64,000 nucleotides of DNA from a virus, in the IMG/VR virus record IMGVR_UViG_3300044977_000094, positions 32,001 through 96,000 of that record, one strand, 5' to 3'. A program made the position numbers and the translations under genes. Position 1 is the first letter of the stretch; every line of letters starts with the position of its first letter. Shown piece by piece: positions 19,754 to 29,334 of this stretch. The notes beneath the pieces were generated by a model. The model searched no databases. It was not told the origin of the DNA and was given only the letters and a program-made list of their open reading frames with translations.

Positions 19754-20116
19754 TCAGAGAACGCCGACGTACTGCACGAGTGCGACCGTGACGTTTGCGG
19801 CCGTCCCGAAGTTCACGGTGACCATGCCGCTGGCGGCGATGTCGCTGGCGAACGGCCCGAGCATCTGCGTCGCGGACGCGGTCAGTGTCGGCGTCAGCGA
19901 ATTCACCGCCTGGCCCTCCACGGTGGTCCCGATCGGGATCGTGCACGTCGAACCGCCCGACGCGACCGTCACGAGCAGCACCTCACGGCCCGTGTTCTGC
20001 CACGTCACACCGCTGTTGCTGCCGAGCGTCCCGGCCGCGATCAGGGTCGTGAGGTTCAGCGGCGCGGCCGACCCGGTCTTCGGCATCTGCGTCGGGGTCA
20101 GAGTCAGCAGGCTCAT
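19754..20116 (-). CDS. virion structural/decoration protein
   Basis: Beta-rich; NTGRE and GPF motifs. Confidence 0.6.
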   Translation of the reverse strand: MSLLTLTPTQMPKTGSAAPLNLTTLIAAGTLGSNSGVTWQNTGREVLLVTVASGGSTCTIPIGTTVEGQAVNSLTPTLTASATQMLGPFASDIAASGMVTVNFGTAANVTVALVQYVGVL

Positions 20117-20283
20117 GCCGAGCCCTCCTTCTTCGCGGCCTTGGTGGTCGCCGCAGCCCCCGCGGGCTGGGCGTCGTCGGTCTCCACGAGAAGCCCCTGC
20201 GCACGCAGCACCGGGATCTCGTCCTCCGGGACCTGGATCGGGTCGCGGAGCATCGTCACGCGCACAGTGCGCAGGTCAGGCAT
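20113..20283 (-). CDS. small hypothetical protein
   Basis: GAGGA RBS; LRAQGLL. Confidence 0.55.
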   Translation of the reverse strand: MPDLRTVRVTMLRDPIQVPEDEIPVLRAQGLLVETDDAQPAGAAATTKAAKKEGSA

Positions 20284-20294
20284 GAGGTGTCCTC

Positions 20295-20792
20295 TCACGT
20301 GAGGCGGTCGTTGGCGGTGACCCACGTCAGCGCCAAGTCGCCCTGGTAGCGGGCGTAGTCGCTCTGGTCGTCGTAGATGCGGCGGAACCCGGTCGCCATG
20401 TACGCCGACAGGACCATGGCGGACGGGTAGGCGACGCTGGTTGCGCCGAGTGTCAGGAGCCGGGAGATGTGCAGTCGGTCCCAGGTCGCGCGCAGGACGG
20501 CCGTCGCGAGGGCGTTCGCCATCATCCACGGGGGTTTGTTCGAGCCGGGGTTGGTGGCCCAGCAGTCGACCTGGACCACCGGCCGGTTCACCGGCAGCAG
20601 GTCATCCGGTGTGCCGCCGGCGACGCTGACGGTCACGAATCCGGTCGCGACCCATGCGGCGGTGATGCCGGTCGCGTCAACGTCGGGCGGCAGCTGCGTG
20701 CCCACCATTGCGGGCGCAAAGCCCGGGATGCCGCCAAGCCATGCGATCGCGACGAGCTCGTCGGTGGCGTTCAGTGGCAGGGGAGCCGACAC
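20295..20792 (-). CDS. tail terminator-like protein
   Basis: Synteny; VQVDCWA. Confidence 0.7.
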   Translation of the reverse strand: MSAPLPLNATDELVAIAWLGGIPGFAPAMVGTQLPPDVDATGITAAWVATGFVTVSVAGGTPDDLLPVNRPVVQVDCWATNPGSNKPPWMMANALATAVLRATWDRLHISRLLTLGATSVAYPSAMVLSAYMATGFRRIYDDQSDYARYQGDLALTWVTANDRLT

Positions 20793-20802
20793 GGCGCCTC
20801 CT

Positions 20803-21135
20803 CTACTCGCTGCGCTCCTGATAGAGCGCCGGGCGCAGGAACGGTTGCGGCGGTACGACCTCGGGACCAGTGATGCCCGTCGAGGGGTGGTAGACGCGGT
20901 GCCCGAGCTCGACGTACGCGGCGTAGGTGCGGCCCTGGGCGCCGCCGGTCGCGGACACGATCAAGTCGGGTCCTTCGAGGTGGTGCTCGATGCTGTCCTG
21001 GAGCGCCCCGGTGCGCTCCGGGCAGTAGCGCCGGGCATCGCCCGCAATGTCGGGGCCGAGGCGATCCTCGAAGAACGCCTCGACCGCGCTGTCGACTTCG
21101 GCCTGCCAGCCGTCGTCCATCTGCACCCTGGCCAC
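20803..21135 (-). CDS. HK97 gp10-like neck protein
   Basis: PERTGALQDSI, YAAYVELG, QPFLRPAL. Confidence 0.85.
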   Translation of the reverse strand: MARVQMDDGWQAEVDSAVEAFFEDRLGPDIAGDARRYCPERTGALQDSIEHHLEGPDLIVSATGGAQGRTYAAYVELGHRVYHPSTGITGPEVVPPQPFLRPALYQERSE

Positions 21136-21145
21136 GGCTTCCTCC

Positions 21146-21502
21146 TCAGTCGGAGGTGACGCCGACGCCGGACCGCCACCGCAACGTCAAGATCTTCTCG
21201 GGGGTGATGCCGGTCGGGCCGGTGGGCTGCAACTGGATGTCCTGGATCATGTAGTAGTTCCCTGATCCCTCATCAAGGAGCGTGTCGCTCGACAGGATGT
21301 CCACCCACGAGGCCACCACGCACTTGGAGGTGCGTACCGTCCTCGGCTGCTGGGTGGCCGGGTCCCAGACCTGCTTGCTGGACTCGGTGACGAACGCGGG
21401 GATCCCCGAGGAGATCGGGCTGCCGACGTCGGACACGTCCCCGTAGGCATTGGCCTCGGTCCCGCGCATGATCGTGATCCGGGTGTTCGCCAGCTCCATC
21501 AT
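21146..21502 (-). CDS. head closure/stopper protein
   Basis: Synteny; NAYGD motif. Confidence 0.7.
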   Translation of the reverse strand: MMELANTRITIMRGTEANAYGDVSDVGSPISSGIPAFVTESSKQVWDPATQQPRTVRTSKCVVASWVDILSSDTLLDEGSGNYYMIQDIQLQPTGPTGITPEKILTLRWRSGVGVTSD

Positions 21503-21508
21503 CAGCGC

Positions 21509-22267
21509 CTACCAGTTGATCAGAGCAGCGGAGCCGAGGACGCCGGCCGTGTGCAGGATCGCTGCGGCCTGGGGAGCCAGTGGCGGGAATGGCATCGCCG
21601 TCATCGCACCGACCCGGGTCGTCGCCACGCCACCCATGCTCGTCATCGAGTACTGGCGTTTCACGCCGGTCGGATCGTTGTCGGCCAGCATGAACTGGCA
21701 CTGTGCACTGGTCGCCCGGACCAGCACGTCAAGCAGCATCGGATCAGTCGGCATGCCGACGGCGTTGGTCGCATACACCGCCCCGATCAGGTAGTGGTCC
21801 ATCGCCTCGCTCGCGCGCTGCAACATGACCGACACCAGGTCGTCAGGAGTGAACTGGTCACCCGACCAGGCCCGGTACTGCGACACAGACGCGTACACGC
21901 CCGGCGCGGGTGTGCCCGTCGGCACCGCGGCGACCGTCACCGCGAGGACGTACGCCTCGGGCTGGCCGTTCACGATGCCCGACCACGTCACCAGGTAGTC
22001 CCCGACCGCCTGGGCGGCCGGGCACGTCCACACGTACTGGTACAGACTCGTGCTCAGCCCCACCACCCCGGTCGAGGTGGTGGGGACCGGGGTGCCGGTG
22101 CCCGCGCCTGGTGTCGGCGCCGCGGCGATGCCGATGGTCACATCCGACGCCGACGCGCCCTGCCCGGAACCCGGGTAGGTCTCGAACAGCTGCGTCAGGG
22201 TGATCTGCGCGCCTTGGAGCACATCGGACTGCTGATTGCCGAGGATCGTGAACGACACAGCCGCCAC
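21509..22267 (-). CDS. head-tail adaptor with an extra N-terminal beta domain
   Basis: C-terminal half YASV...LQRASE..D...AVY...ATSAQ. Confidence 0.7.
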   Translation of the reverse strand: MAAVSFTILGNQQSDVLQGAQITLTQLFETYPGSGQGASASDVTIGIAAAPTPGAGTGTPVPTTSTGVVGLSTSLYQYVWTCPAAQAVGDYLVTWSGIVNGQPEAYVLAVTVAAVPTGTPAPGVYASVSQYRAWSGDQFTPDDLVSVMLQRASEAMDHYLIGAVYATNAVGMPTDPMLLDVLVRATSAQCQFMLADNDPTGVKRQYSMTSMGGVATTRVGAMTAMPFPPLAPQAAAILHTAGVLGSAALINW

Positions 22268-22270
22268 CTC

Positions 22271-22591
22271 CTACTCGGTGGTGCCACCCGTGAGCAGCGC
22301 GATCAGCTCGGCCTTCGTCGCCGTCGCCGCCTCGGCGCGGTCCATGCCCTGCGAGACCGCGAACTGCGCCCACACCGCGCGGGACTCGGCCCGCTTGGGC
22401 AGCGGCGGCGCGTCCGGCACCTGCACCACTTCGGCTGGCTCGGGCTCGTCGCGTTCCACCCACGGACTGCCGTCCGCCTCGACACGCGCCAGGTCGCCCC
22501 GTTCGAGGCGCTTGGCGATGCCGAGGGGCAGCGGCAGGTCGAAGAGGTGGACGGCGCCGTTCTCGCCCCGGATCCACATGGTGTCGGCCAT
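22271..22591 (-). CDS. hypothetical virion-region protein
   Basis: C-terminal TKAELI helix motif. Confidence 0.6.
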   Translation of the reverse strand: MADTMWIRGENGAVHLFDLPLPLGIAKRLERGDLARVEADGSPWVERDEPEPAEVVQVPDAPPLPKRAESRAVWAQFAVSQGMDRAEAATATKAELIALLTGGTTE

Positions 22592-22594
22592 GGG

Positions 22595-23047
22595 TCAGAC
22601 CAGGTTGAACGGCAGCTCGTAGGCCAGCACTGTGACGCTGGTGATCTGCGAGAAGTCGATGAACAGGTAGGTGTTGCCGCTGGAGTCGGTCTGGATGAAC
22701 CGGTCCGACGTGAGGGGGCCCACGTCCAGCGTTGCCGAGGTGGTCGACGCCGACACCAGGTCCCCGACAGAGCCCTGCGTGAACACGGCGTTCGACGGGT
22801 ACGGGCTGGTCTGCGCGCTCCCGGAGACGTTGACGCCGTTGCCGTTCGCCCGGATCGTGACGACGGTCGCCGTCGAGCCGATGATGAAGCGCAGCAGCAG
22901 CTTCCGCAGGTCGATCGTGGACCCCGGGGAGGCCGCGTTGACGCCCTGGATGTACATGGTCGCGGCGGCGCTGGTCGCGGCCGCCTCGGTGACGCTGATG
23001 CTGTCCCGGACGAGCTGGACCGGGGTGAGCTGGGTACGTGCGGTCAT
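22595..23047 (-). CDS. capsid decoration-like protein
   Basis: Follows the major capsid gene; GAGGAG RBS; beta-rich. Confidence 0.6.
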   Translation of the reverse strand: MTARTQLTPVQLVRDSISVTEAAATSAAATMYIQGVNAASPGSTIDLRKLLLRFIIGSTATVVTIRANGNGVNVSGSAQTSPYPSNAVFTQGSVGDLVSASTTSATLDVGPLTSDRFIQTDSSGNTYLFIDFSQITSVTVLAYELPFNLV

Positions 23048-23066
23048 GGTCGGATCTCCTCTCGGG

Positions 23067-23951
23067 TCAGATGCCGGTCGGGCGCTGGACGTAGGCGACG
23101 GCGATGGCGTCCGGGCGCACGAGCTTCGCGCCGAAGACGTGCAGGCCACGGACGCCGTCGGCGAAGGTCGACTGGAGGCGCAGGGCCTCGGTCTGGACGA
23201 TCTGCTCCGCGTAGGTGATCGCCATCGGGTGCCCGGCCTGGACGATCCAGTCGCTGCCCGAGTAGTTGATCGCGTTGTTCGACACGTAGATGTCGAAGCC
23301 GGCCGCGCGGCCGATCATGCCGGTCTGGAACACCTCGGAGGGCTGGCCGGTCATGTCGGTGATCGCGATGAAAGCCTGGGTCTGCTCCAGCAGGCCCTCG
23401 GCCCACGGCGGCACGACCACGTACCGGCCCTGCATCGGGATGTTCGCTTCGGTGAGCTGCACCTTCAGCGGCAGCAACACCTTCTGGTAGAAGTCCGCCG
23501 GGGTGCTGGAGGCGTACAGCGCGGGTGTGACCGGCGATCCGGACGAGCCGACGGTGTTCTGGGCGGAGACGCCGGTGTACAGGCCGGCGATGTACTGGTC
23601 TGCGGTGTCCGCCAGCTTGTAGCTCGCGCGCTCTTCCAGGTAGGACTGCATGTCCCCGGCGGCCTGGCGCCGGTCGACGTCGTCCACGGAGAAGCTGAAG
23701 CTGTAGGCCTGGTCGATGTTGAGGTCGAGGCCGGCGTCGTTCAGGGTCTGGTAGGTCAGGGTGCTGTTCGGCGTGTAGCTGGTGATCACCGGGTCGCCGA
23801 ACTGCGTGATGTGCACGACGTTGCCGGGGCCGCTGATCTCGCCCTCGTAGTCGTTGTTGACGATGCCCGCGCCGCCGAACACGAGGTTTTTCTGGAGGGC
23901 CGCGAGGATGACCTTCGACCAAATTTCCGGCTTGAATGCCAGTACAGACAT
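23067..23951 (-). CDS. major capsid protein
   Basis: FKPEIWS, NDYEGEI...GNVVHI, ADGVRGLHVFGAKLVRP. Confidence 0.9.
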   Translation of the reverse strand: MSVLAFKPEIWSKVILAALQKNLVFGGAGIVNNDYEGEISGPGNVVHITQFGDPVITSYTPNSTLTYQTLNDAGLDLNIDQAYSFSFSVDDVDRRQAAGDMQSYLEERASYKLADTADQYIAGLYTGVSAQNTVGSSGSPVTPALYASSTPADFYQKVLLPLKVQLTEANIPMQGRYVVVPPWAEGLLEQTQAFIAITDMTGQPSEVFQTGMIGRAAGFDIYVSNNAINYSGSDWIVQAGHPMAITYAEQIVQTEALRLQSTFADGVRGLHVFGAKLVRPDAIAVAYVQRPTGI

Positions 23952-24063
23952 GTTTCACCCCATTAAGTAGGTGGGTTGAGTGGCTGGTGGTGTCCGGCCA
24001 CCCCGCCCGGGGGTGCATGCCGTGGTACGTGCCGCCCGCGCTCCAGGCGCGAGCGGCGTGGTG

Positions 24064-24846
24064 CTAGCCGCGGCGTGAACGCCGCTTGGGGCCGAAGCCC
24101 ATGTCTTCCAGCAGGCCCTGGTTGATGGCCTTCTGGAGTTCGTCGGGCGTCGCGTGCTGGACGTCCGCCTCCGTCCACTGACGGGGCCCGTTGTTCGCGC
24201 CGGAGAACTCCCCGCCCGACCTGGGAATGGCGGGCGGCTCAGGCGCCGACGTCGGCGCGGGCTCGGATGCCGCAGCCGGCTTGTACCGCGGGTCGGCGGC
24301 GGCCTTGGCAACGGTCTCGGCGACCCGCTGCTGGAAGTCCCCAGCGGTCGGGTCGAGTTCCGCGAGTTCGGCAGCAACGGCGCGGGAGTCGAGCAGCGCG
24401 TTGCCGTCGACCTGTTCCGCTGCCGCAGCGCGGAAGACGGCCAGTTCAACGGCGGCCTGCCGAGCCCGCTGGCGATCGGAATCGCGTGCGGCCTTCTCGG
24501 CGGCCAGCTGCTCAGCGAGCTGCTCGGCGGTCGGCGGCTCGTCGGGCGCCAGGCCCAATGCCTTCGCGAACGCCTCACGCTGCTGGGCCTGCTGCTGTGC
24601 CTGCTCCGCCTTGAACTTGTCCAGCGCTTCGGCGGTCTCCTTGGCCTTGACGCGGTTCGCGGCGGCCTCGGAGCGCAGCTCGGCGAGGTTCTTCTGCGCC
24701 CAGGCGGGCAGCTCGTCGACACTCACAGCGGGTGTGGGTGTCGACGCAGCAGCGGGCTCGGGCGTTGACGGCGGCGTCGCGGGCGGTGCCGGGACGGGTG
24801 CGGGGGGTGTGACCGGGGCGGGCGCCTCGGGGGTGGATTCGGACAT
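24064..24846 (-). CDS. capsid scaffolding protein
   Basis: LPAWAQ..LRSEAA..R, ALLDSR; immediately upstream of the capsid gene. Confidence 0.85.
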   Translation of the reverse strand: MSESTPEAPAPVTPPAPVPAPPATPPSTPEPAAASTPTPAVSVDELPAWAQKNLAELRSEAAANRVKAKETAEALDKFKAEQAQQQAQQREAFAKALGLAPDEPPTAEQLAEQLAAEKAARDSDRQRARQAAVELAVFRAAAAEQVDGNALLDSRAVAAELAELDPTAGDFQQRVAETVAKAAADPRYKPAAASEPAPTSAPEPPAIPRSGGEFSGANNGPRQWTEADVQHATPDELQKAINQGLLEDMGFGPKRRSRRG

Positions 24847-24930
24847 GCGTGGCCCTCCTGGGGCGTCAGCTGGAGCCTGGCACCTGGCCGGGCGTGGTGA
24901 AACCCGCCAATGAGGGACGGGGAGTCGAGG

Positions 24931-26037
24931 TCAGTGCGCGCCGAAGGGGTGCTCTCGGCGAGCAACAGTGGCTTTGGTCATGCGCAGGCCCTCGTGCCGC
25001 CGGTGCGTCTCGGAGGCGGCTCGGGCTGCGGCGAGGTCTCGGCGTGCCTTGGCGCGCGCCTGCGGTGTGATCGCGGCATGCGCCCGGCGACCGGCAGCAC
25101 GGACTCGGCGCTCCAGAGCACGCTGGCGCTGGCTGGCCCTATACACCGCCGCAGCCTGGTCCAGCGCAACGGGATTGGCGACCTCGGCCGCGACACCGAC
25201 ATCAACTGCGGCCCACGAGCAGCGGCAGTTCGGGTGCCGGAACCCGGCAGCCTTGGCCTCGGCCAGCGTCGGATGGTCGGCAGTGGCGCCGGTGAGCGAC
25301 AGGACGCGGCCGAGCCACGGCAGGCAGTGCGGACATGAGCCTTCAAGACTGTGCGTGTAGACGCGGGCCAGGTCCAGGCCGGAGCGGATCATCGCCGTAG
25401 CCTGCATGTCGTCCCATGCCTGCGAGACGGTCGTGCGGGTGGCCATCTCGACGTAGGAGGTGAGGTTCCAGCGGCGCCCGGCACGGTCGGTGTAGCCGGT
25501 GATGCCCTGCTGGCCAAGGGTGTCGAGTGCCTTCTGCGCTGCCTGGATTCGCGACAGCGACAGGGAACTGCCAGGCAGGCCCCCGCGCATGGAGGCGACC
25601 GCCGTCTGGACGGCTTGCGCTGCCCGCGCCGCTTCAGTCAGGGCCTCCTGTGCCGAGGCGGCGGCGTTGTCGCCCGCAGTGTCGAGCGCTTGAGCAAGCA
25701 CAGTGGTATCGGCCGTCGGGAGTTGGAGCGCGGTTCGGATGTCGACCTGGGCGCCCGCGATGGTTCGGGCGTCCGTCATGCCGGTGGTGATCGCGGCCCG
25801 GACGCGGGGCGCGGTGGCGTTGAGGACAGCGGTGGTGGCGCGGGCGAGCTGGCGACGGGCGGTGAACAGGGTCATGGTGCCCGTCGCGGTCTTGCGGGCG
25901 AGCGCTGTGATCGTGGCGACAAGCAGCAGTTCGACCTGCTCGTAGATCGCGGCGACCGTGTCGCCTACGTGCTGGGCGTGGTCTTCACGGCGGTCACCCG
26001 GGGTGCTCGGCAGCGGTGTCGTCATCGTCCACCCCAC
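24931..26037 (-). CDS. phage minor capsid protein
   Basis: DRAGRRWNLTSYVEMATRT, CPHC, HPNCRC, QRALERRVR. Confidence 0.85.
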   Translation of the reverse strand: MGWTMTTPLPSTPGDRREDHAQHVGDTVAAIYEQVELLLVATITALARKTATGTMTLFTARRQLARATTAVLNATAPRVRAAITTGMTDARTIAGAQVDIRTALQLPTADTTVLAQALDTAGDNAAASAQEALTEAARAAQAVQTAVASMRGGLPGSSLSLSRIQAAQKALDTLGQQGITGYTDRAGRRWNLTSYVEMATRTTVSQAWDDMQATAMIRSGLDLARVYTHSLEGSCPHCLPWLGRVLSLTGATADHPTLAEAKAAGFRHPNCRCSWAAVDVGVAAEVANPVALDQAAAVYRASQRQRALERRVRAAGRRAHAAITPQARAKARRDLAAARAASETHRRHEGLRMTKATVARREHPFGAH

Positions 26038-26188
26038 CGCCGAGAAGCCTACGGACAGCGCTGCCGGTCAGCCCCAGGGCCAGAGCTTGATCCAGGTCGA
26101 TGATTTCTCCGCCCGGTGAGATGAATGCCGGGATGCTGTCACTTGTCGATGACGGCCCAGGGATGTGGCCGCCGCTGGCGTACTTCAT
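25994..26188 (-). CDS. small protein resembling the TMP 'GG' module
   Basis: YASGGHIPGP..SDSIPAFISPG. Confidence 0.5.
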   Translation of the reverse strand: MKYASGGHIPGPSSTSDSIPAFISPGGEIIDLDQALALGLTGSAVRRLLGGGVDDDDTAAEHPG

Positions 26189-26523
26189 GGGCGGAAAGTC
26201 CCCTCTAGCGACGGCGCGTTGACGCGGTCGTTGAGGATCTTCGTGGACAGCTCCCGCAGCCCCGCCATGGCCTTGGTGACCGCCTGCTCGACCTGCTCTG
26301 CGGACGGGTCCGGGGACGGGATCTGCGTGATATTGACCAGTGGCCCCTGCCCGAGGAGCGGGGACCGCATCGTGACGATCAGCGTGTAGACGACCATCAC
26401 GCCACCCGGGCCCTGGCCGAGCGAAGCGCTGGCGTCGATGCCGAAGTCCTCACCGAAGCACTGCCGCTCGGCAGCGGACAGGGCTGCCGAGCGGACCTTC
26501 GCGGCGGTGTCGATCGCGGCCAT
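26185..26523 (-). CDS. hypothetical protein
   Basis: Coupled to its neighbours; good codon bias. Confidence 0.6.
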   Translation of the reverse strand: MAAIDTAAKVRSAALSAAERQCFGEDFGIDASASLGQGPGGVMVVYTLIVTMRSPLLGQGPLVNITQIPSPDPSAEQVEQAVTKAMAGLRELSTKILNDRVNAPSLEGTFRP

Positions 26524-26834
26524 CAGGTGCGATTCCTCTTGCCGAGCTTGCGGTTGCCCGCATCGGCCCGGTCGAAGATGGACGACCCAGTGGCGGCGCT
26601 CGACTTGTCCTGCACCCCACGCCCCGGACGCGGCCGCACCATCGACTCCGTCCCGCGCCCAGCAGACGCAGCAGCAGGACCCGGCTTGGACACGCCCTCG
26701 GCCTGCTGGCCCGGCTTGGCCTTGGTCTGCGCCGCAACCTGCGCCCGGCCCGGCTTCAGCCCAGGGTCGATGCCTTCCGGGGCTGCCTCCCCGGCGCGTG
26801 TCACCCGGCTGCTGTTCCGCTTGCCTGCCATCAC
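26523..26834 (-). CDS. basic low-complexity protein
   Basis: GGAGG RBS. Confidence 0.55.
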   Translation of the reverse strand: MMAGKRNSSRVTRAGEAAPEGIDPGLKPGRAQVAAQTKAKPGQQAEGVSKPGPAAASAGRGTESMVRPRPGRGVQDKSSAATGSSIFDRADAGNRKLGKRNRT

Positions 26835-26844
26835 TGACCTCCCG

Positions 26845-27132
26845 TCAGTAGTTGGCGCCCCCGCCGACCCACTTCGTGGCCTGCGAGTACGGTCCCGGAG
26901 CGGCCACCGACACGCCGGTGTACTCCTCGTCAGACACCTGCCGGTCGGCAGGCGGATTCGGGTTCGAGCCGACCGTCTCCGGATAGCCGCCCGGCGGACA
27001 GGTGACGATCGCGTCGTTCTGCTCGCGGTGGCGCTGGAGGTCGCCGGACAGGTCCCGTAGCCCGGAGTCGGGGGCGCTCGACTGAACCTGCTTGCCGGGC
27101 GGATTCGGCAGTGCCTGGTCCGGGCCGTTCAT
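26845..27132 (-). CDS. hypothetical protein
   Basis: MNGPDQ...; coupled to the upstream gene. Confidence 0.55.
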   Translation of the reverse strand: MNGPDQALPNPPGKQVQSSAPDSGLRDLSGDLQRHREQNDAIVTCPPGGYPETVGSNPNPPADRQVSDEEYTGVSVAAPGPYSQATKWVGGGANY

Positions 27133-27332
27133 CACATGCCGTCGTTGTCGGCGTCGCCAGGGGTGGCCCGCTTGTTGGCCTGGGGGGTCTCGCCCGCGGT
27201 CGAGCCGGTTCCCGGCATCGCACCGGAGCCGCGAACGTGACGCCCGACCCGGTCCGCCGCCTCCTTGGGGCCCTGGCCGGGGATGGTGTTCTTGACTGCC
27301 TTGCCGCTGTCGCCGATCGCCATGATCGTCAC
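27132..27332 (-). CDS. small hypothetical protein
   Basis: Overlapping start and stop. Confidence 0.5.
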   Translation of the reverse strand: MTIMAIGDSGKAVKNTIPGQGPKEAADRVGRHVRGSGAMPGTGSTAGETPQANKRATPGDADNDGM

Positions 27333-27583
27333 TTTCCCTTCGGGGTGGTCTTGCCGCTGGAGCGGCCCTTCGCTGCGGTCTTGCGGCCGGTCGCCAGCAC
27401 GTTCTTGGCGAAGTTGGCCTGCTTCTCGGCCTTCGACCCGTACTCGCCGCGCGCGGCGGCGGCCATCTTCTTCGGCGGAATGGGCTTGTCGGCGGCCACA
27501 CCGAGGGACTCGTGCAGTCCGCCGCGCTGGAAGGTGATCGGCTTCTTGCCGGTCGCCTTGATCGTTTCCTTCTTGCCTGCCAT
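27329..27583 (-). CDS. Lys-rich small phage protein
   Basis: GGLHESLGV...KPIP.KK; GGAGG RBS. Confidence 0.65.
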   Translation of the reverse strand: MAGKKETIKATGKKPITFQRGGLHESLGVAADKPIPPKKMAAAARGEYGSKAEKQANFAKNVLATGRKTAAKGRSSGKTTPKGK

Positions 27584-27584
27584 G

Positions 27585-29303
27585 TCAGTCCTCCGGGTCG
27601 CCCGTCTCCGGGCGCTCTGCGATGGCCGGCGTCTGGGAGGCGTCGGCGAGCTGCTGCACTTCCTCGGCGATGGTCGTGTCCGAGTTCAGCGGCGGAGCGA
27701 TGGTGATGCGGGCACGGCCGGCAATGTCGAGACCGGTCTCGGCGTAGATCATCTGGACTTCGTCGCGGACCTGCTCGTCAGACCAGTCCGGGTGCACCAT
27801 GCGCACCAGCGTCTCCTTGGACACGGCGTCGGCCTGCGAGAGTGCCGCGGCGGACTGGGCCAGCTCCAGGATGTCCGGAACCACCGTCTCCGGGAACTCG
27901 ATCTCGGGGCGCTCCGGGGTCACCGTCCGGTCGTTGAAGATCTGCTGCTTCACGGCAAGCCACCCGTACAGCAGATCCCGCACACCCGGCCGCCAGTACA
28001 GGCGCTTCTTGCTCGCGGTGATCAGGGTCTTCCGCTCACGCGCCCGGATCTCAGTCGCGGTCATCGCCGAGCCCTGGCCGTCGTACTCACCGAACGTCTG
28101 GCCGCTGTAGCCGGCGCCCTGAACGATGCGGTTCATGTAGTCAGTGCAGGTCTGCTGATGCTCCTGCACCCGGATCTGGAACTGGTTCGCGAGGATGTCG
28201 CTCGTGCCGCCGCCGCTGGTCATCATCGACACCGGCGAGTACACCTGCCGGTCCGGGTCAAAGACCGCGCCTTTACCCCTGCCCAGGTTGTCGAGGTACT
28301 GCTGCGGCACGATCAGCCGGGCCTTGGCCAGGCGCAGGTCCCGCTGCCAGGAGCTGTATGCCTCATCCAATGCGTCCATCAGGGACTCGACGCCGGAGAA
28401 GTCCGAGCGACCGAGTGGCGCCACCTGCGGCCCCAGGTCCCGCCAGATCTTATTGGGGAGCATGTTCGGGATGTAGACGACCGTGCTGGCGTCGTCGGGC
28501 ATGTCCGGGAACCTGATCGCATTGCCCTCGGACAGGTACTGGGCGAAGCTCGCGGTCTCCGGGAAATCGGTCAGCGGATAGATCCGGCCGAGGTCGGTCT
28601 GGTCGCCCACATACACCGAGTGGAAGATCGCGTTCTGGCCCGGCGCATGGGTCTCCAGGTGGCGCACCACCTCGGCACCGTCGTCCGAGAGGATCCGCCA
28701 GAATGTCACCCCGAGGAGCTTGCCGTGACTGAACAGCGGCACGGCCGCGTCCGCCGGGACGACGTCGATCATCGGCTCGTCGGACACCTCGGTGTCCCAC
28801 ACCACCCGCAGGAATACCCCACCGAGCGCCGAGCAGGTCTCCGCCGCCTCCAGGAGCTTGGCGTGCGTGCCATCGCCCATCAGGTCATCCAGCGCGGCCT
28901 GATTCCCAGGCGTGGACGCGGTGACGACCGGTGCCTTCGAGAACAGCAGGTCAGCGCTGGTCGAGGCAATGTCGCCGGCGATCGGAACGTGCAGCTTCGA
29001 GCGCTTTTCGCCGGGCGGAACCGGCGCACCCCAGAACGTGTACGACACGCTCCCGAGGAGCCCGCCACGGAATTGGCCCGGCTTCGGGATGGGCAACCCG
29101 GCCTCGCCCGTCGTGCTGAAGTAGCTCCGGCCGACGGGGCTGTTGGCGCCCAGGTTGTAGTACGTCCACATCAGCTTGTCCGGGTCACCGGACCACCAGG
29201 CGTCCCAGATCCGCCACTGGTACGTGATCGGGTTCATCTCCGGCGGCGGCCAGGGGCGCGACGTCGTCGGCATGAGCATGCGCATGCGGTCGTCGACGGC
29301 CAC
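27585..29303 (-). CDS. portal protein
   Basis: KLHVPIAGDIASTSADLLF, YIPN, LGRSDF, MTATEI. Confidence 0.9.
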   Translation of the reverse strand: MAVDDRMRMLMPTTSRPWPPPEMNPITYQWRIWDAWWSGDPDKLMWTYYNLGANSPVGRSYFSTTGEAGLPIPKPGQFRGGLLGSVSYTFWGAPVPPGEKRSKLHVPIAGDIASTSADLLFSKAPVVTASTPGNQAALDDLMGDGTHAKLLEAAETCSALGGVFLRVVWDTEVSDEPMIDVVPADAAVPLFSHGKLLGVTFWRILSDDGAEVVRHLETHAPGQNAIFHSVYVGDQTDLGRIYPLTDFPETASFAQYLSEGNAIRFPDMPDDASTVVYIPNMLPNKIWRDLGPQVAPLGRSDFSGVESLMDALDEAYSSWQRDLRLAKARLIVPQQYLDNLGRGKGAVFDPDRQVYSPVSMMTSGGGTSDILANQFQIRVQEHQQTCTDYMNRIVQGAGYSGQTFGEYDGQGSAMTATEIRARERKTLITASKKRLYWRPGVRDLLYGWLAVKQQIFNDRTVTPERPEIEFPETVVPDILELAQSAAALSQADAVSKETLVRMVHPDWSDEQVRDEVQMIYAETGLDIAGRARITIAPPLNSDTTIAEEVQQLADASQTPAIAERPETGDPED

Positions 29304-29334
29304 GCCACCACCCCCGATCAGCTTGTGGTGACGC

